Below are positions 23,724 through 37,479 of a stretch of 64,000 nucleotides of DNA, piece by piece. The stretch is from NCBI GenBank assembly GCA_040954595.2, contig CM082592.2, positions 7,923,677 to 7,987,676 on the forward strand. The letters run 5' to 3'. Under the pieces are notes generated by a model, which saw only the letters and a program-made list of their open reading frames with translations, did no database searches and was not told where the DNA came from. How positions within the stretch are numbered: the first letter of the stretch is position 1; every line of letters begins with the position of its first letter. This DNA is from Balanoglossus misakiensis. Taxonomy: Eukaryota; Animalia; Hemichordata. The translations under genes and the position numbers were made by a program.

Positions 23724-26700
23724 GTAAGTATTCCACTTATGGTGAGAGTTGGTGAAGTTTCGATCCACAGTGTATTCTAAAAGGGCTTTAGCCTCTGCTT
23801 ATACGGGATTCAGTGAAACTATAAAGTGCCGCGTGATTTTACGCGTCAAAATATTTCAAGGTACCGGACAGAATCTGCAGACTGCTTAGATTTTCAGGTC
23901 AAAGGTTCATCGTTGATACAGGCGAGCGTCACGTAGTACTATGCCCTGTCATAAAATTGCGTGTTATGTCGAATCGATCGCCCCTTTTCGTCCGATTTTC
24001 TGTATAGAAATTACTACGCTATAGTCTATGTATTATAGGCGAGAAAATTTCCAACGGGCTCACATACACAAGGCTCGAGCCGTCGGGGTAGGAAGGGGAG
24101 GCGAGGGGGGGGGGGGGGTGCTTGATCGATCGATCATGATCATTGGGCCGGATCGCCAGTCTTGAAAGCGATAGCATTTCGATCCAATCATGGAGATATC
24201 GGTTTCCATTTGAAATAACGTGTGTTTTACAAAAAGATTACGAGCGAGGTCAGCCGTCAAAACGATGTGTATATCATGTATATTGCACTATGTTTTGCAT
24301 TATAATGATTTCCTGTCCAGAGGTGCACAGTAGTCAGTACTTAAAATCTGTATAATCAGTCACATTGATTTTGCCTTTACAAAAAACAAAACTGACGTGG
24401 CAGTTGAAAAATCACGAATACGGAAAACCAGAAGCACGCACGCTGTCTGCAAGAATATTAGTCAGCTGACATTTACACAACCTTGCTCTGTAATCTCTGC
24501 ATTCCATTTATGGCTTCAAGGAATTTCGACCAGCCTTGCAGGATGTCTTTATTTAACTGTTCATCAAGCTTCCTTCAAGTGTTGGCCGGCTATAATTTCC
24601 TCTAATATTTTGATTAATAATCAGTCTAGACTTTGTAAAACGTAGCATTATTTTTCTTCAGTTATGCCACAAAGCTGAGGTCAAAATACGGCCTGGCACG
24701 TAGTTTGGCTATATATTTCAACATAAGTAATCCTAGCCTGGCCGGTCTTTGTTTGTCCTTTACTATTCCGTGCACAAAGGATTTGATCTTTACCTTTTTA
24801 TTTCTGTCTCCTTCAGTCGATTGTATGTTTTCTGTGTGTTGTAAGCAGGGTTGAGAATTTCCTGAAGTATTATTTTTGTCAATTTTAACAATTCTAGAGC
24901 AATTTTAAACTGCATGTGTGGACAACCTACAAACAAAGCCAGTGTCCTCATTATGTATGTAATATATCTGTCACTTTGTGTATGTATGTGTGTTGTTTCC
25001 ACTAGTAAATAGTGTTGAATGTTTTACTAAATTCACATGATCCAAGTAAATTCAGAAATTATGGAAAATGTTTTTAATAACTTGGCGTAGTCAGGGAGTT
25101 CTTGAGTGAAGCCATTATTTCATCTATCAGTTCCCAACGTGTGCGTGTCATGCCACATCAGCATGGAAAATCCTGTGACCTTCATGTTGTATAATAGGGG
25201 TGCCACTTCTGTCTGCAACCAAATCAGTTCAAGGTCACAGCCTATAACTTGTTCGGCAGGACAGTACCATAATATTTTTTTAAATGGTGAGAAATACCTT
25301 CGTGAAAGGAAAGGGCTTTGATATTCGCTTACTGATTTTAATTGTAAGTGTTTAACTGAGAAATTTCTGGAGTCAATGTAGTCACACCCCTCTGAAACGT
25401 GCCACATATCTGTTGCCCTGTAAGCAGCTCTCTGATTGGCTCATTTATGGGGGTGTGGCAGGGGACAGTCTATCAGCTGCTGCCATCTGCAGTGACAATG
25501 GTTAGTACTCCCGATTCAATGACCTTACTTTTTTTAGGTTACTGAACCCCTGTGACATTGTGATATGTAATCTCATTCTATGTAAACTAGGTAGGGTTCG
25601 TGAAATCTGTGTAATGATACCCTCAGACTCAAAATCTTTTATTCAACTGATTAATATATAATTCTATTTCAACCTAGCCTTATAAATTTTGGAGTATCTG
25701 CAATTTATTGTAACCAGGATGTTACCAACACAAGAATTTATAAATACAGAAATTCCTGGTGTGATTTGGTTCCATGTTTGTCAGTGATGGTACGATTTAT
25801 GTATTGCATTTCTTATCTTAATTCATATGACCTGGATATAAAACTAAAATGCCTTCACCTGTTCTAAAAAAATATCTTGACTGATTAATTTCACAAGTCT
25901 CTTGTTCAATAGTGAGTAGCATGATTGGATTACAGAGTGAAAATTAGTTTGCTTTTCTAACTGGATTCATTGCAGCTCTGATAGCAAAATCTTCACCTTG
26001 TCATCATTTTTTAGCCGGAAAGCAAACAACCTGTCCATTTAACAATGGCCTCAGGGTTGAATAATTACCCTACTTACACTGTGGGTGTGTACAGGGTGTA
26101 CCATATCCAAGCTCTCCGATTGGTTGGTTCAATTAGGTGCCGTAGCCATTAAAACGTGGATCAGTAGTTGAAACATGTATTCAGATTAAAATTGAAATTT
26201 GATTTGAGAGAGGTTGACATTTTTTTGGTATTTTATAAAAGTTGATGTTCATCATATTTTAACCACTGTCAGCATCATAGGTGTGGACATTCCCACATGA
26301 ATGGATTTAAATTTCATTGTAAATGCACTAACATGTTTGCTGTATCTGTCCATGTGGCAGTCTTGTTGATTCACGCTCTCATGTTGCTGTTATTTGCATT
26401 TGTATTACTTTTGTGTTGTTCCTTTTCATATAATTGCCTGATTAATTCATCACTGCATACCATGGGTAATGTGGGTATTAATTTGAGTTGAATATAAATC
26501 AAGCTTGAGAAATAACATACAGTAGCTGTACCTCGGGTGGCAATCCATTTTACTGACAACTCATAATCCAAATGTTACCCGCTTTAGGCCCATTCTTCCC
26601 CACGTGTGAATGACAGCTTCACTGACAGGAAGTTGAAGCAAGGTCGACATGTGAATGGCATAGAGCTTGATGGGCCCAGAAACAGCCATGGGGGAAACTG

Positions 26701-27773
26701 TTCCCTAAGCCCCTCTAAGGCGCAATGCCATGACACTAATAATAGTGCTTGTAGCAGTTCCCCCTTTTCAGTGTGATAAAACTCGCGTAAACTGACATAA
26801 TGCTTGTACCACGGCAACCCGACTGTTTCAATCATCTGACTGAAAAATAGAGCCCTGCCTGAATATTTTTTCCCGCGAGGCGAAAGCAGTCATTTTGCTC
26901 TGATCCGCTTTGACACGATGCAGACCGGTCATGCATTCATCAGGTGACATTGTTGTCTTGTTTGAGAAAGGGCAGACAGCTGTGAGCACTGCATCAATCA
27001 AATATGAGGCGACATCACTCTGCGTTCACAAGTTGATCGACCTTTGACCTTTCCCTATCCAGGTGATCATATATCCCTCAAGGCCATCTTTCAATCTCTT
27101 ATAATATCAGGGGTGACACCATCTTAAAGTGCAATGGGCAAAGTTGCATGGTGTTGATGGCGTTTTGATAATGTATGATCCCGACATTGGTGTGAGCCGC
27201 ACGCATACTTGCAGCATATCAATAGTCGCCTTGGTTTCATTATATGCTGTGCATGAAATACCCTGGATGACATTATATAAATTACAGTGTGCAGCCAAAT
27301 GAAAATTCATGGTGCATCAGGTTGATAAATTAAAAACAAGGCTGCATAGACATTTGGTACAGGAAGGCTCATCCAACATCCAATAATGATTAACCAGAGT
27401 TTTAAAATAAAAAAATATTTCCATATGCAAGTATTTGGGTGTCAGGAATTGCAGGGTGGGCCTCTGGGGAATTTGCATTTGAAGTCAGTACGTACCTTGG
27501 CTACATTTACTGAGCAAGTCAAATGCCATTAGTATCTCTGTTGCTACTGTCTCAAACGCCAGCCATGCCAGGAATATTTTTTGGACCCCTTTATCTTTGC
27601 TGTCAGAACCCAGACAGATATTGCCAGCACTGTCTGTGATATGTCTCAACAAGTCAGGAATTTCCCTTTGATTTGTTTGCAGTATTATTTCTTGTTGAAA
27701 ATTATTCTCAGAATTGCAATGAATTATACTCAGGGGGGAATCTGTTTTCTTCTTTCAGCCGTAACAAGTCAAG

Positions 27774-30270
27774 ATGTCTCGTGAAATCCCAGTCTATCTG
27801 ACCAGAGAGAAGCAGAAGGAATTGGCAGATATTGCCAATGCCATTGTTGCCCCTGGAAAGGGTATTCTTGCTGCTGATGAAAGTACAGGTACAGGAGGGG
27901 ATGATTGCTTCTAAAGCTTAATTTAAAATTTTTTTTCCAGAGTATTTATAAATGTGGTAATGTTGGTTACAAAGCATGCAAGGAGATATAGGCCTTTTAA
28001 TGTACTAGAACATCATGTAAATGTTTTAGAATGTGACGGTAAACTTGTGCTGAAAAATGCTTCCGGAAAAGTATGCCATTCACTAGCAAAAAAACCCCAG
28101 CAATATCTACATCGTTTCTTTCTGTCGCTTTTTAAGGAACCATGGGCAAACGTCTGTCCAATGTTAACGTGGAGAACGTCGAAGAAAATCGCCGTCTCTA
28201 CAGACAGTTGCTGTTTTCAGCCGACAACGCAGTTGCCGAGAACATCAGTGGTGTCATCATGTACCACGAAACATTCTACCAGAAAGACGACAGTGGTACG
28301 CTCTTCGTTGATGTGCTGAAAAAGAAGGGAATCATCCCGGGTATCAAGGTAAAACGGAAATGCAGTTTATATCTAGGTTCTCTTTACCCTTCCACCATCA
28401 TGGTTCAGTCCAAACTGGAATTGCTTAACTAAAACGGGGATCATTCCATTTCATTACAGGTTGACAAGGGTGTTGTCCCTCTGGGCGGCACCACCAACGA
28501 GTGCACAACCCAGGGTCTTGATGGACTTGCAGAGCGCTGTGCACAGTACAAGAAAGACGGAGCACAGTTCGCCAAGTGGCGCTGTGTGCTGAAGATCCAA
28601 CAGTATACTCCATCCTACCTGGCAGTCATAGAGAATGCCAATGTTCTGGCACGCTATGCAACCATTTGCCAACAGGTATAGTTTCATGCTGTGTCCCTTC
28701 TGTCTTATTATTATTTTTCCTCTGTGTCCATGTGGATGCCTTCTATTGTAACATACCCTGTTCATTTCCTGCGCTTTGATTGGTAAAATCAATATCATGT
28801 GATGCCACAGCTTTCACATTTAAACATACAGCCACAATCGGCTGCCTATAATACATTTGTGTATAAAAATCAACCAATCTAAAAAAAAATCATATTTGAT
28901 TTTCCCCCTCACAGAATGGTCTGGTGCCCATTGTTGAACCCGAGATCTTGCCCGATGGCGAGCACGACCTGGCTCGGTGCCAACACGAAACCGAGAGAGT
29001 GCTGGCAGCAGTGTACAAAGCGCTGAGCGACCACCATGTGTTCCTGGAGGGCACCTTGCTCAAACCCAACATGGTGACACAGGGTCACAGCTGCACCATC
29101 AAGTACACCCCACAGGATATCGCTTATGCCACGGTGACGGCTCTGTCGCGTACCGTGCCCGCTGCTGTCCCCGGTAAGAATTTTCTTGCGATGGAGGATT
29201 TTCCATCAGTTTGTCTGGAAGTCCAGGAATTTCTAAAACACTCCTGGAGAGTCATTAAAAGTCCTGGAATAAAAATACTCAAAACTGGATGAAAAAAAAA
29301 ATAAATGTTTTGCAGAAAATATCATATGAGAAACACTTCAGAAGCCACAAAGAGTGGGCCCCAGAGCTTCCTCAGATGTTGTAAACTTTCCTATGGGTAC
29401 AGCTTTTCAAGTTATCCATGTTGTCCCTGTCCCTGCAATTAATATGGTCCTAACTCTGTTCTTTTTTTTTTCACTTGTCAACACAGGTATTACTTTCCTG
29501 TCCGGTGGTCAGTCGGAAGAGGATGCCACCATCAACCTGGACGCCATCAACAAGTGGCCGGGCAAGAAACCATGGGCCCTCACCTTCTCCTACGGCCGCG
29601 CCCTGCAGGCCAGTGTACTCAAGGCCTGGGGAGGCAAACCAGAAAATTACAAAGCCGGACAAGCTGAGCTGCTGAAGAGAGCCAAGGTCAGTGGGCTGTC
29701 TTATATCCCCCGTTAGCACTTAATGGTTCGGTCTAATCTTATTTATTCCGGCATGATCGGAACGCTATATTTAGGAAAGAGGGGTGAGAAGCTTAAAAAC
29801 ATGACTGGATTTGTCATAAATTCAGAAACATGTAGCGTCAGTCACTGGAAAGAAAATGGTCTTGTAGCCCAAGGTACATGTACGTAGCTATCTATGTATA
29901 AGTGGATTGTAATAGGAGTGCATATGCACAGTTTGAGAATTGGAAGGAATTTAGCAAACCAAGAAGTTGCTGTCTCATACATGTAGGATTTCCAACAGAA
30001 TCACAAACCTACATGGCATTTTTCAACTCGGCCACAAGTAAAACACTTTGAGCATCACAGCCCCTGGGGTCAGTGAGCCACGAATGAAAAAGACCCGCTG
30101 CAGATCAGTGATATGTGTTTTAACCCCTGCATTTTCATGTGGAAATAACGTCATCCCGTAATGATTTCCTCTGACAGGCCAACGGAAATGCAGCCAAGGG
30201 CACATACGAGGGAGGCGTCACCAGTCTCAGCGCCGGAGAGTCGCTCTACGTTTCAAACCACGCTTACTAA
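27774..30270 (+). CDS. ALDO: Fructose-bisphosphate aldolase class I, 6 coding exons, 364 aa
   Basis: Exons: 27774-27888, 28137-28348, 28460-28675, 28915-29173, 29487-29686, 30178-30270. Motifs: [43 protein letters not shown] (Schiff-base Lys), [18 protein letters not shown], and C-terminal NHAY. Confidence 0.98.
29198..29293. repeat. Degenerate MITE-like relic in an aldolase intron
   Basis: Imperfect inverted ends (TTCCATCAGTTTG ... CAAAACTGGATGAA) and three internal (G/C)TCC(A/T)GGA motifs. Confidence 0.3.
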
Positions 30271-31728
30271 AAAATACAGAACAGAAAACTACACAGCAGT
30301 TGATTGTAACACAACCAGCGTCTATAGCTGTCTGAACTCCATTAAAGACCAATGAAACAACTCGGACGAATGGGGAAAATTAAGGAATTCTGTAGATAAT
30401 ACATCATTGTACAGGAGCTTGTTTAATTTCTGTAGTGTGAAAAGCTTAAAACTAGTTTGCGACCCGATTTTCTGGCAAATCAAAGATTAAACTACAAAAA
30501 CAATAAAATTATGTGTGTCATTTTGTGAATGGAATTGCTAATATATATGTATTTGAACGGTGAGGTCTGGACTTGTCAACGCAAAAGTTGTACCTGGGAG
30601 GAGATTTATATGGTTAATACACAGGATGGATCACCCAGTAGTTGATTTTTTTTACGGACAAAAGTGGGAGGGAAAGAGATTAGTATTATTGGCATTAAGA
30701 ACTGTATTTTGGTCATAGCTTCAAGTGTTTTGTTTCAAACGTGTTAGCGGTATTCTTTGACTCGTGACAAAACTTTGGCCGGGTGAAGAACATATGTTTT
30801 GACAACTTACATTATTGCTTCGTTTTAGCCACACCTTGTTCTATTATGTGCAAACTTTATACTCCAAGATTGTGAAGCATTTGCTAAAAAAAAAAAAAAC
30901 CACCTGCACAAATATCAAGTCTGATTTTTGATCATTTGGAACGTGGAATTTCAAAATGCAAGAAATGTCAATTTAAATGCCTGTATGAAATGTGACCACC
31001 ATTTCAGATTCTGTGAAAGGATTGTTCGCTCATCATATATTAATAAAGTACTTTCTCTCTCCCATACATTATGTTGACTCTGTTATTTTGTAGTTGTTCA
31101 CTCTTTATAGTCAGATGTCTGTTTGGGAATGACCCCTGACCTCCGACTTCTTTGTCATGTGATAGTAGCGTTCACAGGACATTCTCTGTGGCTGTAAAGA
31201 GGTCGTGGTTCTCGACGACGTCACATTATGTCCTCATAACAAGGCCGGTATTGATTGATGATGCCAACCGAGTCGTTTAAATGTGGGCAGCATCTGCTAT
31301 CAGTGACAAGGTGAAGGTAAGAGATCATTTGCCAAGATTCATTGACATGTACATGTATTACACATCTGGCTGTGACTGCAGAAACCAATCTTTTGTCATT
31401 GAGGGCGCTATTTCTTGGTTTACAAAAAAACTTGGAACTAAGCCACAAACCGTATTCAGTAATTAACCAATGTACAGGTGTCTCAGCTTCATATTGTCAA
31501 AAATAATGCAAGTTCTACCACAAGGCAATTAATGACTATAATACAGTACATAGTGTGAGATGTTTATCCTATTTATCATACCTGTACATACACATCAAAA
31601 TCAAATCATTTCATTTTTCAAGTTTTCTTCTGCTTTAGGGCCAATTGCAAAGATCCACTTCTGCATAGATGATCCTGAGATGATTTGAACTTCTTTGCGT
31701 GTGACCTTGAAATCTTTTTTCGGCGCAT

Positions 31729-32950
31729 TTATGGATCTGGTGCAAAGGTGTTCAAGTTGTAACCGACGTTCATTTTCTCTGTATCAGAGAACGCAATGTA
31801 CATCCTGAAATGAACAAAGACGATAATTATTGCATTGTCAGTGACAAAAAATTCATGAATATCAAAAAGCCTCAAGGATCCATCATTTGCTATCCCCATT
31901 TGCTACATACAATCACTATTTTACTTCAGGCTTGTACAATGAGAAACAGCCTAGGAAACTTTCACATTGGATTCCCCATTTACCTGGTAGGAGATATTCC
32001 TAGGGACTCCTGCAAGTGTTCCATGAATTCCTTGGTCAACTTCTTGTTCTCAACCAGTCCCAGTTTTCCAATGGACATAATGCTGCCATTGCCACACGGC
32101 TCTGTGGTCCCTCCGAATGACATCATTTGGTCTGGAATCACGTGGACAACCATATACTGGGGGGGGGAAAAGGAACATGAGTAAAACGTCTTGAATGGCG
32201 TCACTATGGAAACGCAACTGGAGTCAAAGGTCATAGGTCACTGAGGCAAGTCAACAGCGAGTATTGATTATAACATGCGATTTACAACAGCAGAATCGGA
32301 TAACGTTTGCTAAAGTTATATGTGTCTTAGTACTGTTTTTTACTTCAGGAATCATTCAGTTTCCTTGTACTTTGCCCCTCCCCACCCCATTGACTGTCAA
32401 GTGAAAACCATACGTTATATGAAATTGCATACAAATGCCACAGAGCACACTTAAATTTCAACAGAACACTGACATGATGTGACATTTGAATGGGATCTCC
32501 TGACGTTGCCCGGGTAACACGGCTCAGTACCTGCCAGATATGTCAACCTGATAATTGATTTTTTTTTTCATTTCGCCAGGAAATGCTATATGTAATCAGC
32601 CAAAACTAACAGAAAATGAAATGGGCTCAATCTTGGTGGTCAGTCAAGGAACTGGAATTTATGTGGAAAAAATATGCTACTGGCTGCATTACTGCCGGGA
32701 AAACACAGACCTGTACACAGGTCTTGTCCGGAGCCTTACCATTCCTCGATCCTCTATCTGTAGGGGAGTAGTGGTAGGGCTACGGGGACCAGCAGAAGCA
32801 AGCCACTCCCCCCCCCCCCCACACACACACACAGACACTTACCTGCTGTGGTTTGCCAATCAAATCAACCATCATTTGCGTGGTTTTCGTCAGAAAATCT
32901 GCAGGAATCTTATCCCGCGATACATTGGTGTAGAACGTAAAGGCAGGCAT
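31729..32950 (-). CDS. MIF: Macrophage migration inhibitory factor, 3 exons, 118 aa
   Basis: Exons: 32950-32843, 32156-31984, 31804-31729. Protein MPAFTFYTNVSRDKIPADFL...[27 protein letters not shown]...MSIGKLG...RMYIAF...NVGYNLNTFA. Pro1, Lys32, SIG and Tyr95-equivalent residues are conserved. Confidence 0.95.
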
Positions 32951-34080
32951 GGTGGTTGTCGCTTTCCGTGATTCTTGAAATAGTAGCTCAGTGTACGTGA
33001 CCAGAGGTAATAGTAACCCTTAACCTGCAAAGTGACCGATCACCACCGCTGAGGGCGTTATAGCTATGTCAGCCAGGCGTTTTCATCATAATTCCGCGAT
33101 TTTATCGTTTTTTAGTGAGCACAAATTCTACCGTTACACATTTTTCGCATCTGAGACAAAATATTTAATAACCGCTACAATCAGAGCATTTTTTTCGATT
33201 TTTCTTTGCTTTATTGTCCCCTTGCGAAGAGCCCATGTGTTGGCGACCATAAAGCATTTTTGGCTTCCTTGTGGATGACTTGATACCGTGCCAGTGAAGC
33301 AAAATTTGAACAACGCGTGTGCACAAAATGAACAACAAACCGGTCCAACACTGCACTTCTCCATGCTTGGGCCAAAGAACCCCTCCCCCAACAATGGCTA
33401 CTAACATGATGGGCCTGAACAATTTTGCCTGAATTTGACATGGTTCTGTTCACAGAACGGCAGAAAAGCCACGACTTACCACAACTGATGATGTCTTCAG
33501 CGAGCAGTACATCCAAGTGTGGAAATAGGAAGGTGAAATTGAGTTTTTTACTGGGAAAGTCAGAGGAAACGGCGTGCCCATGAAAAAAGCGACTTCAACC
33601 ACCACCTCAATATTCATAATCAGCCGTGTATCTATTGATAAACAAATTTTACCTGGACAGACTGACCATTCACAGACTGCTGATAGGAAATACTGCAAAT
33701 AATGATTTGCATAAATAAATATGTACGCTATTAATTTAGAGCCAGCAGACCACCTGTGTTCATGCAGGAAACAGCCAATCAGGAGTAACTTTTCCCAACG
33801 AAGTTGAAACTGATCTGAATGTCGGATTGTCAGCAAAGCGCCCTCGCGTGTTGATATTTCACATAAGTACCTTCGGCTGACATATACCTGTACGGCATAC
33901 TACATGTAGTACATTGTACTGTAGTACATGGTATAGGCATATCACCAGCGTCCTTTATACGACGGCGTAATTGAACAAAAATTACAGATAGCTAAAAAAT
34001 CCTTGATAGTGGCCAAGTTTAACACAAAGTCCAGAAAATGTTTTCGTCCAAGGATTAGGCAGTAAGAACCCGAAAGTTAA

Positions 34081-34096
34081 TAGCGCCACCTATCAG
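34081..34096 (-). promoter_or_regulatory. CTCF-like motif
   Basis: Minus strand reads CTGATAGGTGGCGCTA, close to the CTCF core consensus (CCASYAGRKGGCRS). Confidence 0.4.
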
Positions 34097-37000
34097 TTGT
34101 TAGCGGAGAGGGCCTGCCTCGGCCGAGGAGGACCGTTTGCTTTGGTGAGCTGTGTCTGATCACCAAAGATGTTCTGTGATAGATCTTTTAACTCATAGCC
34201 AAACGTTTCGAGTGGGCGAGCGAGTTGGGTTTGTTCCTCGAAAGACACCGCGCCGACTGCCGCCTTGTGTGGCCGCGGGGGATAGTCCGGAAGGGGGGTG
34301 GGGGTATTACAGACGGAAGTGAAAACAAATATCTGGGAGACACAATTTCAACCAACGCTGCTGTATTGAAATGGCACTGTCACGATCGCCCGGCTCGTCT
34401 TGACCTCAGATGCTGAAATAAAATCAGTGATTGACGTTCTAGTCCGTTCCCAGTCGGTCTTGAGTTCACATTCTATTTTTTTAAAATCGAAATGAAATAC
34501 TGAGAGATATGACGAGAAATGTGGGGGAGATCAAGTTCCGCAGGTCCACAAAATACTGCGGGAACAGATAGCGACATTGCGAAATTAACGGACAAAAAAG
34601 CCCAAACGACAACACTATGTATAACTCTATTTTTTGTCATCAAATTTCATATGGTAAAGTATTTCCCCCGTGAACAGACTCACCATTTACCGTTCATCAG
34701 AAGAAAAAAATCAGCGAGAAATTTCTTGAGTGTGCTTGCTATTCATACAGATTGCGCCCTCACTCGACGAACCGACTGCTGGCTCGGTGAGATAATTTCG
34801 AGTGACTGACAACGTCTGATGCAAGATTAATATTCATAAAGTAATACCGCTTTCCCGACAGGGGCGACAGACAGCGTCGTTATGCACCAATTTGCTTGCA
34901 GAACACGCCATTTTTGTAGAATTTAAACACTTCGAAAAGTGACAAACCTTTTAAACTTGGGCGGGTTTCGCCACCTGCACACGACGGAGTGAATACGATG
35001 TCACGCCAAAAGCTGCATCGAACACGAAAATGGACCGGTAGAAATCAATTAGACACGCTTCTAATTGATTTTTTTTATATCATGTAAAAATGCAACCAGA
35101 CAGTACGTGAAGTCGTTGTTGGTGTGATTCGCACATTCGTGCGGGCGGCGGCGAGGAGGGGGGGGGGATGATTCTCAAGCACGATCCGATTTCGGACTCG
35201 GCTATCGGATCGAACGCCGAGATAAAAATAAAAGAAGTCAAGTTGTTGCGATTTAATGACAATGTTTTTGCAGTATATTCATTAGGTGCGCCGTAATTCC
35301 ATTAGTCGGCTTCGTGACACCATCAAAACATCGGGTTCGAGGCAAAATAAACACGGCTCTGCCCAGCAAGGCTGCCGTCAGAATAGCTAAAATCGATAAC
35401 CGCCCGACGTAGCAGAAGTTAGCAAAAAAAAAAAATCCGCGGCGAATTCTAATGAGAGTAATCGCTTTACGGGACCGCATCCTTTCGATGCTGTAATTTT
35501 TTTGTCTATTTTTGAAATAAACACGTAAATGGGCCAGATAATTAAACATTCATGTCAATTTCAGTGAAATGGAAAACTCGTAAGGCGCGTGTGCTGTACA
35601 TGATCTTATGAAGTAGAGTTTCGATGACGCTGACACTGCCACGACTGGTCGACATGACATGAATTTTACATAAGATGCCCGCGTAATTGTAAGTTTTTTT
35701 TTCTCATCCAGAGAGAAACTTTCTAGCCAGCTGTTCTAAGAAGGGTTAAGAAAACTATTGATACGTCTGGAAACCCGAAGAAGGAACACGTCACGGAAAA
35801 TTTATACCGCCAGCAATGAGGGGTATACCCGTTGGCGTGTTCATCTCGGCGCCATCTTGACAATGGGCTGTTGCAGACCCCTGGAGCTTAAAACTTTTAG
35901 TCTGTACGTCAAAATGTAAAATAAGCATTTTACAATTATTCTGTTTGGCAAGGTACGCCTGCCACCAGGAAACACGCCGTAAGTTCTCCGGACAAGCAGA
36001 TCAATCTGCCGCTCCGCTGTGAACCCGTGACCGACTGGAAAGTGGGTTAGGGGGAGGGGAGAAACTCAGTAAGTTTTTTCAAAAGTTTTAAAACTACTCC
36101 TCTTTTCTCCGCTGTGAAGTTTCTTTTTAAGTAAGTGGCCGTCTGAATCAATCAACGTCAGCCTGGACTCTCTAGAATCTGGCCTCGATGGTAAACTTCC
36201 AACGGCCCCGACAGAGAGATAACGTCACCGGCCTGAAGACAATTTGCGATGCCCGGTGAAAGTTAAGCTTTCTTCGGACCGTGCGTCCAAGCCCAACGCG
36301 TACCCCCTTCCTTCAGCGAACAACGATCGCACCGCGACACCGCATGCCAGCTAGCAACACTTTTCAGTCCTTAAGGTAAATCACGTTATAATTTTATTTT
36401 CATGTAATTTTATTTTTTCATGTAAGCCCCGTTTTCCTACCTCATCCAACTGTCTAGCAGTTTTTCGTTTACGGCGATATTAAAAATAACACCGTTATTT
36501 CAACGAATTATGCTGATTTTGGCTATTTTTTAGTATTTTTCTCCCATACATCAACTCCGGTTTCTTGTTTCAGTCTGGATAGCTTTATAAAATGTTCAGT
36601 CTGTAGCTTCCCAACAAAGCCTGTACAGTGAACAACGGCCACTGTTATTGTTGACAAATGAATTCTTGTCCGGACTTTTATTCACAATACTGATTTCTAC
36701 AAACAATAAATCAAATACTGAGCATGCTTCGCAACCACAGTTGATACAGAAAACAATAATGCCGAGAAATTGGCTCAAAGTTGGGAGTTTAATCCGAGCT
36801 TTGATTGGAAGTGATTGGAAAAGCGTACAACATTCCTGAAAATAAACTTTTCAACTTTTCATTCGTTATTTTTGTTGATCGCGGGCGGAGGGGACGCGCC
36901 GATGAAATAAACGATGTAAGGACGCGACCACAACACAGATGTCCTGAAAGTTTACTGACACGCAGAAATGAAATTCATGCCGCATATTGATATCCCGACT

Positions 37001-37479
37001 AAGGATCAGAAAAGGTATACACAAGTTTTCGCATTGCACCAACAGTTAACATGAACTAATTTCGCCACACAAACATCTTTGGTGTGCGATTCTCGCCGTT
37101 ATCTGACACTATTTCGATTACGATAACGAATTGTACAGATGTACATTTTTTACTGACACGCTATTATTCGTGAGTTAGTACAGGATTGCATGTGTTGAAA
37201 TTGAACATATGCATTCGCTTATTACATTTGCATAGTTTAATCACCATCCAACTAACAATCGGAAATTTCCATGAACAAAAGATAGTTCATCTAAAGTTCC
37301 CCAAATACAATAACTTGGTTTGATGTTCGTAATACTGTTTACCGCATACTGTTTCCCTCACACACGATCAACGCTACGCCAAAGCCTACTGCGATTCGTG
37401 TTTTTGTGTCATAGCATATTTTGCTATCGGAAGCGCCGAAGTTGATTCCACGTACCCAGGCGCTCCGAATTCAACTAAA

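Noticed and set aside
30268-30355. Possible stop-codon read-through extension of aldolase
   Set aside because: TAA-A is not a leaky context, the extension has no targeting signal, and the C-terminal Tyr is the canonical end.
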